A stretch of DNA of 64,000 nt from Bacteriovoracaceae bacterium (GTDB lineage: Bacteria; Bdellovibrionota; Bacteriovoracia; Bacteriovoracales; Bacteriovoracaceae): assembly GCA_048270185.1 (NCBI GenBank), contig JBLWTJ010000002.1, positions 512,001 to 576,000 of the forward strand. The letters run 5' to 3'. How positions within the stretch are numbered: the stretch's first letter is position 1; each line of letters opens with the position of its first letter. The translations under genes and the position numbers were made by a program. Positions 58,995 through 64,000 of the stretch are shown in pieces. The notes beneath the pieces are model-generated. The model saw nothing but the letters and a program-made list of their open reading frames with translations. It searched no databases and was not told the DNA's origin.

Positions 58995-61652
58995 GTCGTA
59001 CCAGTTTACACCAAAAGCCGGGTCAACTTTTAGAGGGACTTTTAGTTTTACAACATTTTCCATTCCCTCTTTTACAAGAGTTTTCATTTCATTTAATTCA
59101 TTTTCAGGAACATCAAAAATAAGCTCATCATGTACCTGAAGAAGCATCTTAGATTTTAAGCCTCTTTTCTTAATTTCAGCATCAATATTGATCATGGCAC
59201 ATTTAATAATATCAGCGGCCGTTCCTTGAATTGGCGAGTTGATGGCCATACGTTCAGCATTTGCCTTGATTGTACGGTTATTTGAATGGATATCCGGTAA
59301 AAAACGCTTACGGCCATACATTGTTATAGAATAACCTGTTTTCTCAGCATCCTCTTTAAGTCCATCTAAGAAACCTTTTATCTTTGAGAAACGTTCAAAG
59401 TACTTTTCAATATATGCCTTGGCATCCTTTCTTGAAATTTTAAGTGCCGAAGCAAGTCCGAAAGAAGACTGACCATACATAAGCCCAAAGTTTACGGCCT
59501 TGGCCTTTGACCTTTCATCACTTGTGACATCTTCAAGATTAATACTATTAATCTCACTAGCTGTTTGAGCGTGAATATCCTTATCTTCATTGAAGGCCTT
59601 AATCATTGTTTCATCACCACTATAGTGGGCAAGGATACGAAGTTCAACTTGAGAGTAATCGGCAGCAAGAAGAAGGTTCCCAGGAGTTGCAATAAATGCT
59701 TTTCTTACAAGCCTTCCTTTCTCTGAACGAATTGGAATATTTTGAAGGTTTGGATTCACACTTGAAAGACGCCCTGTTTGAGCGACATGTTGATTGAAGC
59801 TTGTGTGAACTTTTCCGGTTTTCGGATTTACGATCTCTGGAAGAGCCTTCACGTAAGTAGAAAGGATTTTGCCAAGTTCACGGTACTGTAAAATAAGGTC
59901 TGGAACTTCATTAATATTCTTTGCTGCAAGCTCTTCTAATACTGACGAGTCAGTAGAAAAACCAGTTTTCGTTTTTTTCACAACAGGAAAAGATAGTTCA
60001 GTAAATAAGAACTCCCCTACCTGTTTTGGTGAGTTTAAATTAATCGTATCATTAACTGAATATGAATCGACTTTCTTTTGAATTGAATTAAGAGTTTCCT
60101 GAAGATCCTTTTCCATTTCATAAAGAAATTCTTTATTAAGACTAATCCCTTCAAACTCCATTCGAGCAAGAATTGGAGTTAGTTTATTATCAATATCTTC
60201 ATAAACGCTCACTAGTTCTTTCTCTTTTAATTCTTCTTTTAAAAGTGAAGCTAATCTAAAAACTGCAATTGAACGAATTCCAGAGTAAATTGATTTTTCT
60301 TCGACCGTCTCAAGTGATGTGATGAAAGGCGTCTTCTTATCTAAAGTTGTTACATTAACATTAACGTTAGATGAGATGGCCTCAATATTATGTCTCATAC
60401 TAGGGCTTACATTATAATGGGCCTGAGTAATATCAAAGTTCTTTGCATTAAAATCTATCCCATGACGGAAGAGATGAGAATACTCTCGCTTAGAGTGCTC
60501 ACTGAGTACTTCTTTCTTTTCATCTCCCCATACGAGGTCGATATACTCTTTTTCATTCTTTTCATTGATTTCTAAAAAGTAAGACTTGTTATCATCAAAT
60601 GAAAAAGCAATGGCGATTAAGTTGCGTGCATGGATATCTTCACTATCAAACTCTGATTGAATAGCAACTGATGGTGATTTTTTTAGAAGATCTTTGAATT
60701 CTTTTTCTTCAATATCCTTTCCAACAACGAAGTGTTCAAATGGAGAAGCAACAACTCCCTCTTCTTCGTCACCTTCAGCAACAGAAAGCTGATACTTAAG
60801 ATCTTCCATTCTCTTAATCATCGAATTCATACCTAATTCCTTTAGGAATCCAAGTAATTCATCCGATGGATAAAACTTAAGTTCAGAATCTTCTGACTTA
60901 CACTCAAGATTAATATCTGTTACGATTTTAATGAGTTCTCGTGATAACTTGGCATCTTCAACGTGTTCTGTGAAAGCAGTTTGCAGCTTCTTTCCTTTAA
61001 ACGTATCTGATACCTCAAAACACTTATCAAGAGTATCGTGTTCAGCAAGAAGTTTTGCAGCTCCCTTTGCGCCAATCCCACGCATCCCCGGAATATTATC
61101 CGATGTATCCCCTACCATTGAGAGGTAATCAACAATTTGATCAGGCCTTACACCCATCTTTTCAAATACACCTTTCTCATCATAAGTGACATCTTTCATC
61201 GTATCGAGCATCTTGATATTGTCACCAACAAATTGCATAAGATCCTTATCACCTGAAGCGATAAGAATTTCATCAAAGTCATTCTTCCACTGAGTTACAG
61301 AAGAGCCGATAATATCATCTGCTTCGTACTTATCATTTGCTACATTTAATAATCCCATCTTATCGATAAGCTCTTTAATAAGTGCAAATTGGGGAACAAG
61401 ATCTTCCGGCGGTTCAGAACGATTGGCCTTGTATTCTTCGTACATTTCATTACGAAATGATCCTCCCGAAGTATCGCGAGCAAGAAGCATATGTGTTGGC
61501 CTATAATTGGCCATAATTTTAAGAAGCATTGAAAGAACACCATAGGTTGCATTCACCGGTGTTCCATCCGGAGCATTCATTGAGCGAATTGCAAAGAATG
61601 CGCGAAATATAAAGTTACTGACGTCGACGACGATTAATCTTTTCTTTGACAT
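58986..61652 (-). CDS. polA: DNA polymerase I
   Basis: 5'-3' exonuclease motifs (YKANR, EADD, GDKD, GDTSDNIPG); polymerase motifs DYSQVELR, KAVNFGLMYG and QVHDEL. Confidence 0.98.
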   Translation of the reverse strand: MSKKRLIVVDVSNFIFRAFFAIRSMNAPDGTPVNATYGVLSMLLKIMANYRPTHMLLARDTSGGSFRNEMYEEYKANRSEPPEDLVPQFALIKELIDKMGLLNVANDKYEADDIIGSSVTQWKNDFDEILIASGDKDLMQFVGDNIKMLDTMKDVTYDEKGVFEKMGVRPDQIVDYLSMVGDTSDNIPGMRGIGAKGAAKLLAEHDTLDKCFEVSDTFKGKKLQTAFTEHVEDAKLSRELIKIVTDINLECKSEDSELKFYPSDELLGFLKELGMNSMIKRMEDLKYQLSVAEGDEEEGVVASPFEHFVVGKDIEEKEFKDLLKKSPSVAIQSEFDSEDIHARNLIAIAFSFDDNKSYFLEINEKNEKEYIDLVWGDEKKEVLSEHSKREYSHLFRHGIDFNAKNFDITQAHYNVSPSMRHNIEAISSNVNVNVTTLDKKTPFITSLETVEEKSIYSGIRSIAVFRLASLLKEELKEKELVSVYEDIDNKLTPILARMEFEGISLNKEFLYEMEKDLQETLNSIQKKVDSYSVNDTINLNSPKQVGEFLFTELSFPVVKKTKTGFSTDSSVLEELAAKNINEVPDLILQYRELGKILSTYVKALPEIVNPKTGKVHTSFNQHVAQTGRLSSVNPNLQNIPIRSEKGRLVRKAFIATPGNLLLAADYSQVELRILAHYSGDETMIKAFNEDKDIHAQTASEINSINLEDVTSDERSKAKAVNFGLMYGQSSFGLASALKISRKDAKAYIEKYFERFSKIKGFLDGLKEDAEKTGYSITMYGRKRFLPDIHSNNRTIKANAERMAINSPIQGTAADIIKCAMINIDAEIKKRGLKSKMLLQVHDELIFDVPENELNEMKTLVKEGMENVVKLKVPLKVDPAFGVNWYDLK

Positions 61653-61725
61653 ATAATCTCCAATTTATGCTATAAATCTAGCCAATTAAGTTGAATCTGT
61701 TAATGGTTAATGTGGAGAATCAGTC

Positions 61726-62193
61726 ATGGACAATGCGCAAAAGATCGAAAAATATAACGGTGTTAAACGTGATATCTTTGCAATTTGCGAGGGTGAAACA
61801 AGTACTATCGCTAAGATGGCCACAATTTCTTGTGTTCTAAAGCAAGCTTTCTCTCACTACTATTGGTGTGGATTCTATATAGTTGACCCAAATAAAGAGA
61901 ATGAACTAGTTGTTGGGCCTTACCAAGGTACCCTGGGATGCCTTCGCATACCCTTTGGTAAAGGGGTTTGCGGGACGGCCGCTCAAACTCTTGAAACTCA
62001 AATCGTTGAAGATGTTCACTCTATCGCTAATCACATAACTTGTGACCCAAAGAGTCAGTCAGAAATTGTCGTACCTGTATTTGAAAACGAAAAGCTTATT
62101 GCAGTTCTTGATGTCGACAGTGACTCACTGGCAAGCTTCAATGAAGTTGATAAAAATAATTTAGAAGAAATAATTGAAAAAGTTTTTGCTTAA
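61726..62193 (+). CDS. msrC: Free methionine-R-sulfoxide reductase (GAF domain)
   Basis: WCGFY, GPYQGTLGC, GVCG, HITCD, SEIVVP and LDVDS. Confidence 0.88.
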   Translation: MDNAQKIEKYNGVKRDIFAICEGETSTIAKMATISCVLKQAFSHYYWCGFYIVDPNKENELVVGPYQGTLGCLRIPFGKGVCGTAAQTLETQIVEDVHSIANHITCDPKSQSEIVVPVFENEKLIAVLDVDSDSLASFNEVDKNNLEEIIEKVFA

Positions 62194-62687
62194 GCCTGAG
62201 TTCCTTGGTCTTCAAACCAATTAGTCTTTCGCTTCTTAATAGCAAGCATCGTATCATCATTTGCCATGACAGTTGTGTCGGCCATGACGTCACCTAATCT
62301 GTGACCAGAATCTAACTTGTAAAGAAGATAGAGCTCAATCCCTACAATTGGCACTCCAATAATTACGGCCATAAACCAACCTGCAACAGGAATAATGGCA
62401 AAGGCCAACGGAATGATAAATGGTAGATTTCTAATAAAACTCTGCTTAAGTGAACAAGGTGTTCCATCAATAAGTGAGATCACGCGAAAGCCAATGAACT
62501 TCTTCCCTACCGACTGCCCATTTTGAATTGAGTCAGCAAAGCTTAGATAAACAATGGAAAAGAGAATTCCAATTGGATAGAGAAATAGTGAAAGAACAAT
62601 GACAATGAAGAGGTCAATTGCCTTGGCCAATATACGTGAATATCTTGCGACCTTGATGGCCGACTTTAGAAGATACTTTCTATCCAT
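62190..62687 (-). CDS. RDD family membrane protein
   Basis: RILAKAID, GQSVGK, FIRN and HRLGDVMADT. Confidence 0.88.
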   Translation of the reverse strand: MDRKYLLKSAIKVARYSRILAKAIDLFIVIVLSLFLYPIGILFSIVYLSFADSIQNGQSVGKKFIGFRVISLIDGTPCSLKQSFIRNLPFIIPLAFAIIPVAGWFMAVIIGVPIVGIELYLLYKLDSGHRLGDVMADTTVMANDDTMLAIKKRKTNWFEDQGTQA

Positions 62688-62884
62688 ATATTTATCTTAT
62701 CCTATTAATTTTATTAGAAAACAAGGCATTTTTTGCACTACGTCCAAACAAGGAGTATTAACTGAAGAAATCTTTAACTTATCTATCACTCAATAGTCTT
62801 TGATTAATAGCCAAGAATAATTTTTTACGATATAACTTTAGACTGAGAATAAAAAGAGCACCATTTGCTCTGGAGGATAATTAT

Positions 62885-63208
62885 ATGAGTACTGTTGGTA
62901 AAACTGACGTAACAAATTTTGAAACTGATGTATTAAAAAACTCAAAGCCAGTTCTAGTTGATTTCTGGGCAGAATGGTGTGGACCTTGTAAAACTTTAGG
63001 CCCAGTTCTTGATGAAGTTGCATCAGAAATTGGTGAAGGTGCGAGCATTCTTAAAGTAAACGTTGATGACAACGGTGAACTAGCTCAACAATATGGAATC
63101 CGTGGTATTCCAACAATGATCTTCTTTAAGGACGGACAAGCAGCTAAGACTCTTGTTGGTGTTCAAACTAAAGACGAAATTAAAAAATCATTAGAAGAAC
63201 TTATGTAA
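62885..63208 (+). CDS. trxA: Thioredoxin
   Basis: DFWAEWCGPCK and GIPT. Confidence 0.96.
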   Translation: MSTVGKTDVTNFETDVLKNSKPVLVDFWAEWCGPCKTLGPVLDEVASEIGEGASILKVNVDDNGELAQQYGIRGIPTMIFFKDGQAAKTLVGVQTKDEIKKSLEELM

Positions 63209-63211
63209 TAG

Positions 63212-63240
63212 AAGCCTCTTTTTAAAAGAGGCTTTTTTCT
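63212..63240 (+). terminator. trxA terminator
   Basis: AAGCCTCTT...AAGAGGCTT followed by a T-tract. Confidence 0.75.
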
Positions 63241-63253
63241 TTTTGAAGGATAT

Positions 63254-63835
63254 ATGGAAAATTTCATTTCTCACGCTTTTAATCACGCCCAAGAAACTTT
63301 AAATAAATTTATTGCTAACGAAGAAAACTTCTCAATTATGGAGAAGGCCATTAATGAAATGGTTCAAGCAATTAAAGGTAATGGCCGAGTAATTAGCTGC
63401 GGAAATGGTGGATCAATGTGCGATGCTATGCACTTTGCAGAAGAGTTAACAGGACGCTTTCGCAAAGACCGCCCAGCAATGCCAGCTGTAGCAGTTGCCG
63501 ACCCATCACATATCACTTGTGTGGCAAATGACTACGGATTCGAGTATATCTTCTCAAAGTATGTTGAGGCCCATGGCCAAAAAGGCGACGTCCTTCTTGC
63601 AATCTCAACTTCAGGTAATTCACCAAATTGTCTCGAGGCCGTAAAGTCTGCTCACGCCCAAGGAATGAAAGTCGTAGGACTCCTTGGAAAAGGTGGCGGA
63701 AAAATGAAGGACCTTGTGGACTTCCCAATTGTCATTGAAGCCGAACTTTCTGATCGTATTCAAGAAATGCATATTAAAATCATTCATACGTTCATAGAAG
63801 GGATCGAGCGCCAAGTCTATCCAGATAACTACTAG
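63254..63835 (+). CDS. gmhA: D-sedoheptulose-7-phosphate isomerase
   Basis: CGNGGSMCDAMHFAEEL, ANDYG, STSGNS and RIQEMH. Confidence 0.95.
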   Translation: MENFISHAFNHAQETLNKFIANEENFSIMEKAINEMVQAIKGNGRVISCGNGGSMCDAMHFAEELTGRFRKDRPAMPAVAVADPSHITCVANDYGFEYIFSKYVEAHGQKGDVLLAISTSGNSPNCLEAVKSAHAQGMKVVGLLGKGGGKMKDLVDFPIVIEAELSDRIQEMHIKIIHTFIEGIERQVYPDNY

Positions 63836-63935
63836 ATAAAACCGGCACAAACTTCCAACTCTTTAAAATCAAGTGCTTGACGCATTTATGCGTTAAAATA
63901 TTCTTAAGATAGTACATAATTTTAAGGAGCTATAA

Positions 63936-64000
63936 ATGGAAGGCACAGCTGTATCATCGGTAAACACGATCGCTGCATTTTTTCAAAATGGTGGGATTTT
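63936..64000 (+). CDS. Partial CDS, possibly MotA/TolQ/ExbB family
   Basis: AAGGAG SD then MEGTAVSSVNTIAAFFQNGGI; the FF..GG N-terminus resembles ExbB/TolQ. Only 21 codons are visible. Confidence 0.4.
   Translation, partial: MEGTAVSSVNTIAAFFQNGGI

Overview
AT-rich chromosomal window, most likely from a predatory Bdellovibrionota bacterium (Bacteriovorax/Halobacteriovorax-like; inferred from gene content and protein style, not from a search). It is mostly housekeeping DNA: a chemotaxis operon (cheY, STAS-CheX fusion, cheA, cheW, partial MCP), scpA-scpB-rluB, trmB-dnaG-rpoD, a SWIM-SNF2 helicase, metF-metH, msbA, psd, htrA, peptide and B12-type ABC transporters, lepB, groES-groEL, a ClC transporter, polA, msrC, trxA and gmhA. 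I saw no rRNA, tRNA, CRISPR array or transposase. The top finding is the 720-bp gap at 45402-46119, which has no ORF in the supplied track. On the minus strand it carries a near-consensus sigma54 promoter (TGGCACG-N4-CTGCT) with an IHF-like site, followed by about 350-430 nt of back-to-back hairpins, many presenting GGA in their loops. This looks like a CsrB/RsmZ-type protein-sponge RNA with additional long stems that expose anti-SD and GU-rich loops. A sigma28-driven leader at about 14200 has a matching GGA hairpin, so it may be a target of the same system. The second candidate is a five-gene operon of secreted cysteine-rich orphan proteins (52326-58994) with an internal terminator after the first gene, which suggests a major subunit plus accessory factors. 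All structures and motifs were identified by eye; nothing was computed.
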